Positions 25,500-36,622 of a stretch of 62,900 nucleotides of DNA are shown here, in pieces. The position numbers and the translations under genes were made by a program. Source of the stretch: Octopus bimaculoides. Lineage: Eukaryota. The notes under the pieces were generated by a model. It saw only the letters and a program-made list of their open reading frames with translations, made no database searches and had not been told where the DNA came from. Positions within the stretch are counted from its first letter, which is position 1. Each line of letters begins with the position of its first letter. The stretch spans positions 72,169,515 through 72,232,414 of the forward strand of contig NC_068981.1 of NCBI RefSeq assembly GCF_001194135.2, written 5' to 3'.

Positions 25500-25658
25500 A
25501 TCCACTTCTGATAGTGTCTGTCTAACAAACTCCGTTTAAGAAGCATTTGTGAACCCGAATTTACAGTAGAAGATATTGCCCACTGTGATGCAGAATCGAC
25601 CTCAAAGCCACGTGGTTGCAAAATCAACTTCCTTGCTACACAACCATACTTGCATCTA
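25500..25658 (-). mobile_element. SINE family B, old 5' fragment
   Basis: Reverse strand ATGGTTGTGTAGCAAGGAAGTTG...CAACCACGTGG...GGGCAATATCTTCTACT resembles the family B head. Confidence 0.6.
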
Positions 25659-26100
25659 AGAATTACATTATATGGTGTGTCATTCTCTCTTTTAACATAG
25701 TGGATTATAGTTGAATGCTTCTTTGTTGAGCATTTCTAGCAGGTTAAATGATTACATAAGGGCTACCTTAGAGTTTTCTTTTATTTAAGGACCCTGATGG
25801 GTGTATTATTTTTTCTGTGTGCATAGAAAGTATAGGAAATCGCCTTATGTATGTTACCTTAAAGATTATGCGTGTTCATGTTGTAAAATCTGAAGAAATC
25901 GTCACTCGTTACTTTTAGTAATGAATATGTGCTAAATATACATATAATGTAGATTTAACGTCCCTTGAGGTTGATAAGTTGACATCATCATAGTCTTCAT
26001 CATCATCATCATCGTCGTCGTCGTCGTCGTCGTCTCGTTATCATCATCCTCATCGTCTTCCTCCCCTTATTCCTCCTCCTCCTCCTCCTCCTCCTCCACC

Positions 26101-26310
26101 CTTTATTTCAGGCACATAATCTGAAATCAAGGCGGATGGATTAGTCGATTAAATCCATCCCCAGAACTTTACTGGTATTTCATTTAACGACTCTGAAAGG
26201 ATGAAACGCAAAGCTGATTTCGTCGGGATTTGAACTTGGAATTTCAAGAGCCAGAACAAATTCTAGGAGTCAGTTTATCAACGCTCTAACGATTCTGCCA
26301 ATCCTTCGTC
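26101..26310 (-). mobile_element. SINE family A, decayed copy with a (CAT)/(CGT)/(CCT) compound tail
   Basis: GAAAGGATGAAA, GGATTTGAACT and CTAACGATTCTGCCA blocks. Confidence 0.8.
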
Positions 26311-26779
26311 TTTCATCATATTCAATAACATTCACATACACACCCACTCACACGCTCACGCATGTGTGAGTGAGTTCGTGTGTGTGTGTCTGTGAATTAG
26401 TTTTATTAAAATTAATAAATTAATCGTAAGTAAAAGAAGAATGTGCCAATACTAAATCGTAAGATTTCCGTGGTAGCTGTTATAATTAAGTTGCATTAAA
26501 CAGAAAATGCTTTATCTTACTAATAAATTTTTTACTGTTTATGCAGATCGTTGATATCATTTTTTTTGATGTGTAAGAGATTTTTCAGGATATCAGGGAC
26601 TGATACCCTATTTATTTAAAAAAGATACACTATTTCAAGTCTCGAATTACATACACACACATACACACACACGTACGTAAATACATACATACATACAGAC
26701 AGACACACATACACATATACATGCACACATACTTATGTGCGTGTATATATGTATATGTATATATAAATATATAGGTATA

Positions 26780-27179
26780 GGCGTGGCTGTGTGGTAAGAA
26801 GCTTGCTTCCCAACCACATGGTTCCGGGTTCAGTCACACTGCGTGGAACCTTGGGCAATTGTCTTCTATTATAGCTTCGGGCTAGCCAGAGCTTTGGGAG
26901 TGGATTTGGTAGATGGAAACTGAAAGAAGCTCGTGTTTGTGTTTGTGTGTGCGTGTGTCTTTGTGCCTGTGTTTATCCCCCGGCCCCCACTCATCGCTTG
27001 ACAACTGGTGCTGGTGTTTACGTCCCTGTAATCTAGTGGTTCGGTCGAAGAACCCGATAGAATAAGCACCAGCTTAAAAAAAATGTACTGGTGTCGATTC
27101 AGTCGACTAAAAGCTTCTCCAAGGCAGCGCCCCAGTATGGCCGCAGTCGAATTACTGAAACAAGTAAAATATAAAAGAT
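26780..27179 (+). mobile_element. SINE family B, complete copy (about 400 bp)
   Basis: Head, CORE-like block, internal TG microsatellite, 3' module and GAAACAAGTAAAA tail all present. Confidence 0.92.
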
Positions 27180-27263
27180 ATATATATATCCTTTTGTTGT
27201 TTACACCACCTGTCCTCGTCTGTTGTTGTTTTTTTCGTAAATTCTCCCATATATATATATATA

Positions 27264-27430
27264 GGCGTAGGAGTGGGTGTGTGGTAAGTAGCTTGCTTAC
27301 GAACCGCATGGTTCCGGGTTCAGTCCCACTGCGTGGCACCTAGGGCAAGTGTCTTCTACTATAGCCTCGGGGCGACCAAAGCCTTGGGAGTGGATTTGGT
27401 AGACGGAAACTGAAAGAAGCCCGTCGTATG
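27264..27430 (+). mobile_element. SINE family B, 5' half ending in its internal microsatellite and a gap
   Basis: Close match to the 26780 copy head. Confidence 0.9.
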
Positions 27431-27976
27431 TATGTATGTATATATATATATATATATNNNNNNNNNNNNNNNNNNNNNNNNNNNNNNNNNNNNNNNNNNN
27501 NNNNNNNNNNNNNNNNNNNNNNNNNNNNNNNNNNNNNNNNNNNNNNNNNNNNNNNNNNNNNNNNNNNNNNNNNNNNNNNNNNNNNNNNNNNNNNNNNNNN
27601 NNNNNNNNNNNNNNNNNNNNNNNNNNNNNNNNNNNNNNNNNNNNNNNNNNNNNNNNNNNNNNNNNNNNNNNNNNNNNNNNNNNNNNNNNNNNNNNNNNNN
27701 NNNNNNNNNNNNNNNNNNNNNNNNNNNNNNNNNNNNNNNNNNNNNNNNNNNNNNNNNNNNNNNNNNNNNNNNNNNNNNNNNNNNNNNNNNNNNNNNNNNN
27801 NNNNNNNNNNNNNNNNNNNNNNNNNNNNNNNNNNNNNNNNNNNNNNNNNNNNNNNNNNNNNNNNNNNNNNNNNNNNNNNNNNNNNNNNNNNNNNNNNNNN
27901 NNNNNNNNNNNNNNNNNNNNNNNNNNNNNNNNNNNNNNNNNNNNNNNNNNNNNNNNNNNNNNNNNNNNNNNNNNNN

Positions 27977-28067
<91 letters not shown>

Positions 28068-28545
28068 ACGTGCGTATCTATGTATGGAATTTCAACAACA
28101 ACAACAAGGTTGTTATGCATGTTTGTGTGTATGTGTGCAAACATTTGGAATCAGTGTTGTGCTGATCTGTGTACTCATAGGTGTATGTCTTGACATATAC
28201 ATATGTACTTATATGCTAAACTTTTCAAAAAGCTTTACATATTTTGACAGTTCCATTCATGGCTTGTAACTGTTATAGTCATATCAGCTTTCAGGTTTTG
28301 AGAACCCTACTTTCTTAAAATTTGTGCTGAAGCAATTTGTTACATATCTTAGCGACATGATAATTACGGGCAAAAATTTGTGAATTTCTCAATAGTTCAG
28401 CGTATATATTTCATTTTCCGCTGATTCTTAAGTTTCTGTTAACATCTGCTAATTTTCACAGTCTATGTATGTATGTATGTGTGTATGTATGTATGTATGT
28501 ATGTATGTATGTATGTATGTATGTATGTATGTACGTACGTACGTA

Positions 28546-29416
28546 CGTGATCTGATCAATAAGTATCCGGACTGTTGCTATAGTAACGAAGCTAAAGCAC
28601 GCAGAGTAAAGCTGTTTGGCACAGATTAATCTTAAACTCTGCTGTGCGCATGCACTAAGTTTTAACGTTCTAGCTCACTTTCGCTGTTTACAGTAGTGCT
28701 TGCAAGGAAGGTCTGTAGCGTGTAATCTTTAACCATAATATAGAAAGTTGAGCAGAGAATCTGCATCAAATTTTGCCAAAAACTTGACGATACCTGCTCA
28801 GAGGCCTACGTAAAGTTTTCAAAAAGTTTTCATCGTTCTCGACACAATCAAAGAGATCATGTGCAACTGAAACCCGAGTGTCTTTTTGCTCAGCTGAAAG
28901 CAGTTTTTGGCACAAACCTGGCAAATACGCGTCTCATACCCAAATCTTCAGTGATAATGGATTGAACTGAATCGTAACTAATCTGCACATCCTCTGATGG
29001 TGATTCGACCATTTCTCCTCACAGCTGTACGCACATCTGCGATATTTTTCTAATTTCTGCTGGTTGTGGGTCTCTCAGAAAGTTCGTCAATATCGACATT
29101 TTTTCGGCCATCTTGGAAACGTGTGAACCACTCATACGCTTGTGTGCGGCTCATACACTCCGCTGTATACACTTTCTGCAACTTTGCGTCGGCCTTTAAG
29201 CAAGTATCGCCATGACAACTTTCTCCATCAGAGTCAATGCAAAGATCACGCTACACACCTCCCTTCCAAGTTTCCAGCGGAAGTGAGCTGGAAACGTTAA
29301 AACTTAGTGCGCATGCACGGCAGAGTTCAAAGTCAGTCTTTGCTAAGCGGGTTCACTCTGTGTGCTTTAGCTTCATTGCTATGGCAACAGGCCGAATACT
29401 TATTAACCACATCTCA
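28546..29416 (-). mobile_element. Non-autonomous mariner derivative with two 5' ends (long inverted termini)
   Basis: TA-flanked; left 28546-28815 is an inverted homologue of right 29190-29416; minus strand encodes only the N-terminal transposase (QAYEWFTRFQDGR, RVFARFVPK); left arm reads VEQRICIKFCQKL on plus. Confidence 0.85.
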
Positions 29417-30789
29417 TACAGATGTATGTATGTATGTATGCATGTATGTATGTATGTATGTACGTACGTATGTATGTACGTATGTATGAATGTATGTATG
29501 TATGTATGCATGCATGCATGTATGCTTGTATGTATGTATGTATGCATGTATGTATGTATATTACGCACGTCCGTCCGTCTGTTCCTTCATCCATCCTTAA
29601 TTTCATAATCTTGAAAGAAAATTATAGCTCTTGTAATAATTTAAATACTAAGCAAAATGATTTCAAACGGTTAATCATAACATTGAATATAGAACAACGT
29701 AGCTATTTTATTTTCATGTCTAATGCATCTTTATTTTTATCGGCCTTGTAAGAAGAGGAAGGATAGCTTCTATGATTTTTGCGGCACATCTCAAACTACT
29801 GGGAAAAGGGAGGACTGAAATCATAACCTTTGGTTTGATGTAACTGGAATCAGAGTATCAAGATAATCGAGTTATTTAACCTCAGAGCGGTTCGAAGGCA
29901 CACAGAAAGGAAAAAGCAAATGGATATCCTAGCGCGATTAGCTTCTCATTCTCTCCCTCGGTGATAGTAATACTCCTGGTTATCCTTCTGGTCTTCGCAG
30001 GTCATCAAAATCTGGGGTCCATGCACAAGCCCCACATGCATCCACTTCCATATATTTCTTGAAGGTGAGAACAAAGTCAAGGATCAACATTAATATAAAT
30101 ATTTGTGCCAATAGGTTCCTCTTTCCCATGTACTGTAAAACAAATATACTAGCAAGCGTGTGATGCCTGAATTATATCTACTTTCTCACCTTTGCGTCGA
30201 CGCGATCCAGAAAGGGAGGTACACGGTTCCTTGCAAAATCAGTCAAAGCATTTAGAAACCCTCACCATTGTTTGATAAATGGCGAGATGTCATCTTCATC
30301 CTGGTCTTTTTCTGAGTAAATTCTCCGTACAAAGAGACATACCTCGTCTATACACTCATCCATACGTCTCCTTTACATCGAGCTGGCTTATCAAAGCACT
30401 CTAATGCGAACGACAACAATTGAAAACTGATTGTTGCTGTCATTGTTGTTCATACTGTTTATACGCCATTTTCTCTATTAAAATTCCTGCTTTCAACAGT
30501 ATTTTTTTTATTTATTTCCATTGTATAACATTGCTTTATCTATTTTTTTTCTTGCTCATGTGATTATATTTTTCATAAAAATAGTTTCCTTTTATGAAAA
30601 TAATTTGATGGACCTTTGGTTACATCATTGGAGCGAATGGTAAGCATCTCTTTCCTGCTCCTTCTGAGACGGACATTTTGCAAACCCGTAAATAGTGCAA
30701 ATGATATAGGACAGAAGTATGCACACTTGAGAAATATAATATTCGTCCAAGGTTTTTCTTCCACCCCAGACAAATGAGAGAATATTTAA

Positions 30790-31975
30790 ATATCTTCATG
30801 TAATACAACACAGACATTTAAATTGATAGGGTTTTTCTGAGGATGTGGGCAGTACTTGTCAGCACAATCTTTTGGATTTCTCTGAGACATGGTTCTCCTA
30901 GAATATTATCTATATTTTTTTGCCATCGCTTTCTTATCATCCCTAGGGCACCCCCAATAACGGGAACTCATAGCCCATCTCTTCAATCTGCTTCATAACC
31001 TCCCCCGACGGTACCGCTAGCCCGTCCATACACTTGATTTTGCCTCTCTTCAAGACTAACACACCACACTTTTTCAGTCCGAATTCCATTCCGATATCAG
31101 AACTGAAAGTATACACTGTATCAATGCAACGAGGGAACTGACTTGGGATTCATCTTTACCATAAAGTTTGAGGTCATCTATGAATAACAAGTGGTTGACT
31201 TTCTGTTGGCGGCTTTTGAATACAAAACAAGCCTTTGCTTTCCTCAGAAACAGTGTTAGTGGTATCATGCACAGTACGAAGATCAGTGGGGACAGGCAGT
31301 CCCCTTGGAAGATACTTCTCCTGATTTCTATTCTCCCTAAACTTCTTCCATATGCTGTCAGTTCCGTCCTCCACTTTGCCACAATTTTTCCAAGCAATCG
31401 TTCAACATTCGATGCAATACCAAAGAGATTCATACATTCCATAATCCAAGAATTTGGGATCATATCGTACGCCTTACGATAATCGATCCATGACGTACCT
31501 AAGTGAGTTTTCCTCCTCTTGCAGTCTCTAAGTACAGTTTTTTCTACCAGGAGTTGATCCTTGTACTTCTGCACTTATGCTTGCAATCCATCTGCTCACG
31601 TGGCAGTACTCCATTTTTTCCAGATGTCCGGCCTGTAATTGTCTGCTGTATTGCCTTTTTCGATACTTTTCAAGCACAACACTGTCCTATCCATTGTCAA
31701 CCACTCTAGTGTTACTCGGTCGGCATTTAACAAGGTGTTGAGTTGTGCAGCTGTTCGTGCATGACACTCACCAAATCTTTTGATCCAGTTGCCTTGAACT
31801 CCATCTGGTCCCGGGGCCTTCTAGTTGCCCGTCTTTTGCTGATTTCCTTTACTTCTCTAACTGAAATTACTAGTTCTGCCTGTTTTAGACAGACTATTGT
31901 TTGTTTCAGTTCTTGCAACCATCCAACAGCCTTCTTATGCTCCTTGTCTTTGCATCAGATGTCACTCCAGAGCAG
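30790..31975 (-). mobile_element. R4/Dong RT fragment fused directly to an RLE C-terminal tip
   Basis: RT motifs [25 protein letters not shown] to about 30968, then VPVIGGALGM...EIQKIVLTSTAHILRKTLSI*. Confidence 0.88.
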
Positions 31976-32144
31976 CAATGGGCATTCCTGTGTGATAAGG
32001 AGACAAAAGCAGCCTCATACCCTTGGGATCAGTAGAGGTCAAATGTGTTTACTACTAGCGATCAATGAGAGCGCTGACCTTGGCTTTGAAAAGAACCAAG
32101 TCAACTTGTTCTATTTTTAATTACTGACAGAAAAAATTATATAT

Positions 32145-32247
<103 letters not shown>

Positions 32248-32850
32248 CTGATGCTCACCTCGTTGAAATTTTTTCTTTGAAATTATTCTTTTCTTTTTAT
32301 AAGTTTTGCTGTGGTTTACAGTTTTTGTAATTGTACAGTTTATATATATTGGCAGGTGCTTATCTCCTTAATGTCTTGTTTTTTGTCGTGCATTTAATTG
32401 TGTTGTTACAATAAAAGGTATGTTTACATATTCGGGTATTCAGGGAAAAAAGAAAGATAAAATTTTCACACAAAATTGTAGATATTAAACTTTCCAAATT
32501 TTTTTGAAATGTTCGTTTGCATGTCCGACAAGAGAAGACTGCAATGTTTTTGCACCAAAAAGAATGTTTGCATTTTCGAATACTCAGGGAGAAAGGAAAG
32601 AAAAGGAGGGTAAAATTTTCACAGAAAATTGTAGATATTAAAGTTTTAAAATTTACTAAATATGATCTATTGTATCTCCGAACAGACAGGATTGACAATC
32701 CTTGCTATATTGTCATGACGTCTCATATTCTTTTTGGGCTAGTGGCGTACATTGACTGGTAATATGCCATACGGTTTCACCATTTTGTCCACAAATTTTG
32801 CACTTGTCACTTTCCGATGTGTTGTTTATTTTGTATTTGATGTAATTGGT

Positions 32851-32852
<2 letters not shown>

Positions 32853-32903
<51 letters not shown>

Positions 32904-33075
32904 GTGATAAAAAAATTACTGCTTATTTTGCTGGATATGATGGAAAGTGTCAACTGTCCACAGCTAGCAGACTAAGGTGACATTTGTTTACTGGTCATAC
33001 TTCAAGAACCCTGCGAAGAATTCTTGCAGTTCCAAGCAATGCTGATATTTGTAGGTGTTCTATCTTTACACATGC
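32853..33075 (-). mobile_element. R4/Dong 3' terminal fragment with (TAA)n tail
   Basis: EHLQISALLGTARILRRVLEV*, 90-nt 3' UTR, then 17 TAA units on the element's sense strand (32853-32903). Confidence 0.85.
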
Positions 33076-34389
33076 TGAATAGTGAAATGCTTTTTAACCG
33101 GGGTTCCTGAACTGAATCTCACATCCACTGTCCCATATTATCTGGCGTGAGTGATGAACACCATATCATTACGGAAGCTAGTCTGGTCGTGCCAAGAAAA
33201 TCCTTGGTCATCGGCTTCCGTCTCTGAGGAGGAAGCAATTTGTTTCACCCTTCTCAAACCTCCGAGCGGTTGTGATGACCGTGGCGTTCGGGAAATAATA
33301 GCCTCTGGGATTTGCTATTTGTTTGTAGTACACGTCAATCCGTCTCTTCTGCATATCCAACTCTTCAAAACTTTGAATTAGCTTCTGTTTTCTGCCTTCT
33401 AACACTTTGTCATTGCTCTTGTTTTCATACCCACGACAAGACACCGCACTGAAATGGCTATGGTGCGTAATGGGAGACATAGAGACTTGGATACCTATAC
33501 AAGACATATGACATTCCTCAAGCGCCATACTTAGCCTACATGTTAAGAACGATCTAAAGGTTAGTATCATATTACGACGTGTCTTATAATGTATCACCAG
33601 CCTGTGGGTCGGGGAAAGATGCGATAGCTGGGCGTGCTACAACGCCACGTACATGGGTTTGAAAATAAAACATACGGTCTCATCATCCCAGATGAAGATG
33701 TCGCTCGACAAATTGGTCAAGACTATCTCTAGTTGTTGCTTATAGGGTATAAGGAAAGTTGCTATGTTTTTAAATAAGAGATAAGAAACCATTTTGCTTG
33801 TTTTGGTCACGTATTGCTGCCATAGTGGCTTTTCTCCCTTCAAAACCTCATATACATCTTATTCTTATTAACTTTAACGAAAAAATTGTGAACAACCTCT
33901 TCTATGTTGCTCAAAATAACACTTTAGCATATTAAACTTATCTTGTTTATTTTGTTTGGTAAAATGTGTGGGTTTGCTAATGTTGTTGATAACAATATCA
34001 TTCAAATTGTTAAGATTTAAATGATAAAATACATTAGTTGTTTTAGTTTGAGTTTTACTGGGAAATTAAATTTATTCATTAAGTTTTTGCTTGCTCTGCT
34101 TGTAATTACGTTCACTTCAATTATTTTTTTTCAAACGGCTGTTATTCTGTTACGAAGCAGAGTTGGATGTAAACAAATTGAAGACAAAACCTAAGTCTAT
34201 CAATTAGAGATCCCAAGTCTTCCCGTCATGGCAGGGTAGATGCCCAATGCATTCCAGGAGGTTCCCTGTTGCATATTATCCAAAAAGTAATATTAGTAAA
34301 AATGATAAATCCTCCGTGAATTTTGTAGCATATGTAATCGCCATAACTGTAGTACTAGTCATGACATTGATGATGCTGATAATAATTAT

Positions 34390-34551
34390 TTCAAATTTTG
34401 GAACGAGGCCAGCAATTTCGGGGAGCGGGGTTTGTTGGTTTCATCGACTCCAGTGCTCAACTAGTACTTATTTTAGCAACCTCGAAAGGATGAAAAGCAA
34501 AATCAGCCTCGACGGAATTTGAACTCAGAACGTAAGGACGGACAATATACC
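34390..34551 (-). mobile_element. SINE family A, 3' part of a copy interrupted by an insertion
   Basis: Tail, central block and B-box present; ends at GGACGGACAATATACC. Confidence 0.85.
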
Positions 34552-36276
34552 AATTTCTTTATTACCCACAAGGGGCTAAACACAGATGGGACAATACACA
34601 CATGCGGGGACAATTAACACATGATAGAATGGAACAATGAAATTAAACAATGATGATGGGACGGCCACCCCAGCCCCACCCCGGGGCGGCCGCGTTATTT
34701 CAATTATTTCAACAGTTCTTAATAGTTCCTTTCACAGTCTTCGATAGTTCTGTTCAAAATTATCTCAATAATTTATCCAAAATAAAAATACTCACCATTT
34801 TATATAATCTTTTATTTCCTCGTAGTTCACCACTGGAGCGCTGGGTTCGAAATTCACCTCGGGCCCCAGTGGGTTTATATCTGTCGGGAAAGCCTCTTTT
34901 AATTTTTTATACTTTTCTTTTTCTGTTAAAATCCATCTCGCCTCCTTATAGCAACGGTCCGAGAGGTCCACTTTGACAATGTCTTTTATTTTGGATATCT
35001 TCTTCTCTATTTTTTGTGTGTATCGATATGACATCAAATATATGCCGTTCCTATGTACCTCCTGCGTCTGTATGTCTGTTCTTTTTTGTTTTTGTGATTC
35101 TGTACTACCATGCGTCTGTTCTATATTTCTTTGTGACTGTATATCTGTGTGTTTATCTGTCTGTGGTTCTGCATGTTTGTGTGACTGTAAGTCTGCATGT
35201 TGTGTTTGTGTGTCTGTGTTTTCAGGTTCTGTGCTTTTAGGTTTCTGTAACTCTGCGTTATCTNNNNNNNNNNNNNNNNNNNNNNNNNNNNNNNNNNNNN
35301 NNNNNNNNNNNNNNNNNNNNNNNNNNNNNNNNNNNNNNNNNNNNNNNNNNNNNNNNNNNNNNNNNNNNNNNNNNNNNNNNNNNNNNNNNNNNNNNNNNNN
35401 NNNNNNNNNNNNNNNNNNNNNNNNNNNNNNNNNNNNNNNNNNNNNNNNNNNNNNNNNNNNNNNNNNNNNNNNNNNNNNNNNNNNNNNNNNNNNNNNNNNN
35501 NNNNNNNNNNNNNNNNNNNNNNNNNNNNNNNNNNNNNNNNNNNNNNNNNNNNNNNNNNNNNNNNNNNNNNNNNNNNNNNNNNNNNNNNNNNNNNNNNNNN
35601 NNNNNNNNNNNNNNNNNNNNNNNNNNNNNNNNNNNNNNNNNNNNNNNNNNNNNNNNNNNNNNNNNNNNNNNNNNNNNNNNNNNNNNNNNNNNNNNNNNNN
35701 NNNNNNNNNNNNNNNNNNNNNNNNNNNNNNNNNNNNNNNNNNNNNNNNNNNNNNNNNNNNNNNNNNNNNNNNNNNNNNNNNNNNNNNNNNNNNNNNNNNN
35801 NNNNNNNNNNNNNNNNNNNNNNNNNNNNNNNNNNNNNNNNNNNNNNNNNNNNNNNNNNNNNNNNNNNNNNNNNNNNNNNNNNNNNNNNNNNNNNNNNNNN
35901 NNNNNNNNNNNNNNNNNNNNNNNCACTCCCCCACCTCCTCCTTCGTTGCACTCTCTATTCTTTTATTTTTCCTTGAAAAGGATTTATATTCCACGACTCC
36001 AATTTCCATTTTCGTCTTTTCCTCCTCTGATGGGGTCAACTTTACGTTTGGCCCCTCTTTCTTTATCATTTCTTTATATTTCTCAATTTTCTCAGCCATG
36101 TCTTCATTCCAATGTATTTCATATTGCTTCAGCAGGCCTGGGACGACGGAAGCTCGACTCCCCGTCGCTACTGCATACGTCTTCATTTTCTCCATCTCAG
36201 CAACGCCCACCAAAAAATAGTGGCGTTATACTAAAAGAATCGCAGCGAGTAATAACACGTCCGACCAGTAAACTCA
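34552..36276 (-). mobile_element. Putative ORF1-only (HAL1-like) L1/Tx1-group retroelement inserted in a SINE
   Basis: About 80-nt leader, one ORF, about 240-nt 3' UTR with a G-rich tract and AATAAA at the very end; flanked by the two halves of a family A SINE; 660-N gap inside the ORF. Confidence 0.6.
34792..36195 (-). CDS. ORF1/gag-like protein of the inserted retroelement (middle hidden by a gap)
   Basis: Stop-free on both sides of the gap (MEKMKTYAVATGSRAS... and ...YEEIKDYIKW*); charged N-terminus and Q/T/H-rich linker; no RT or endonuclease motifs in the visible parts. Confidence 0.65.
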   Translation of the reverse strand: MEKMKTYAVATGSRASVVPGLLKQYEIHWNEDMAEKIEKYKEMIKKEGPNVKLTPSEEEKTKMEIGVVEYKSFSRKNKRIESATKEEVGEXXXXXXXXXXXXXXXXXXXXXXXXXXXXXXXXXXXXXXXXXXXXXXXXXXXXXXXXXXXXXXXXXXXXXXXXXXXXXXXXXXXXXXXXXXXXXXXXXXXXXXXXXXXXXXXXXXXXXXXXXXXXXXXXXXXXXXXXXXXXXXXXXXXXXXXXXXXXXXXXXXXXXXXXXXXXXXXXXXXXXXXXXXXXXXXXXXXXXXXXXXXXXXXXXXXXXXXXXXXXXDNAELQKPKSTEPENTDTQTQHADLQSHKHAEPQTDKHTDIQSQRNIEQTHGSTESQKQKRTDIQTQEVHRNGIYLMSYRYTQKIEKKISKIKDIVKVDLSDRCYKEARWILTEKEKYKKLKEAFPTDINPLGPEVNFEPSAPVVNYEEIKDYIKW

Positions 36277-36331
36277 CGGCAGACGAAATACCGCTAAGCA
36301 TTTCGCCCGGCGTGCTAACAATTCTGCCAGG
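36277..36331 (-). mobile_element. SINE family A, 5' head of the interrupted copy
   Basis: CGGCAGACGAAATACCGCTAAGCATTTCGCCCGGCGTGCTAACAATTCTGCCAG continues the SINE consensus from the break point. Confidence 0.85.
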
Positions 36332-36500
36332 CGGAAGGGGACAAGACGATTACATCGAACCCCAGTGTTTCATTGGTATTTAATTTATCGACTCCGAAAG
36401 GATGAAAGTTGACCTCAGCAGAATTTGAACTCAGAATGTGAAGAAGGACGAAATGTCGCTAAGTATTTTGCCTTGCGTGCTAACGATTCTACCACCTTAC
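36332..36500 (-). mobile_element. SINE family A copy
   Basis: Central block, B-box region and head present. Confidence 0.85.
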
Positions 36501-36502
36501 AG

Positions 36503-36514
36503 CTGCTACTACTG

Positions 36515-36573
<59 letters not shown>

Positions 36574-36622
36574 GCTACTACTACTACTACTACTAATAAT
36601 AATAATAATAATAATAATAATA
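36503..36622 (+). repeat. Compound (CTA)n-(TAA)n microsatellite
   Basis: Direct read. Confidence 0.97.

Noticed and set aside
30585-30639. Further exon-like segments (also 22576-22642, 41376-41434 and about 47240-47315)
   Set aside because: Splice-like borders exist, but they do not extend the candidate chain in phase and no protein is recognisable; within chance expectation
34746-34795. GTGAGT donor-like site at the end of the ORF1-like CDS
   Set aside because: Splicing to the nearest CAG gives an immediate stop, so it adds no coding continuation
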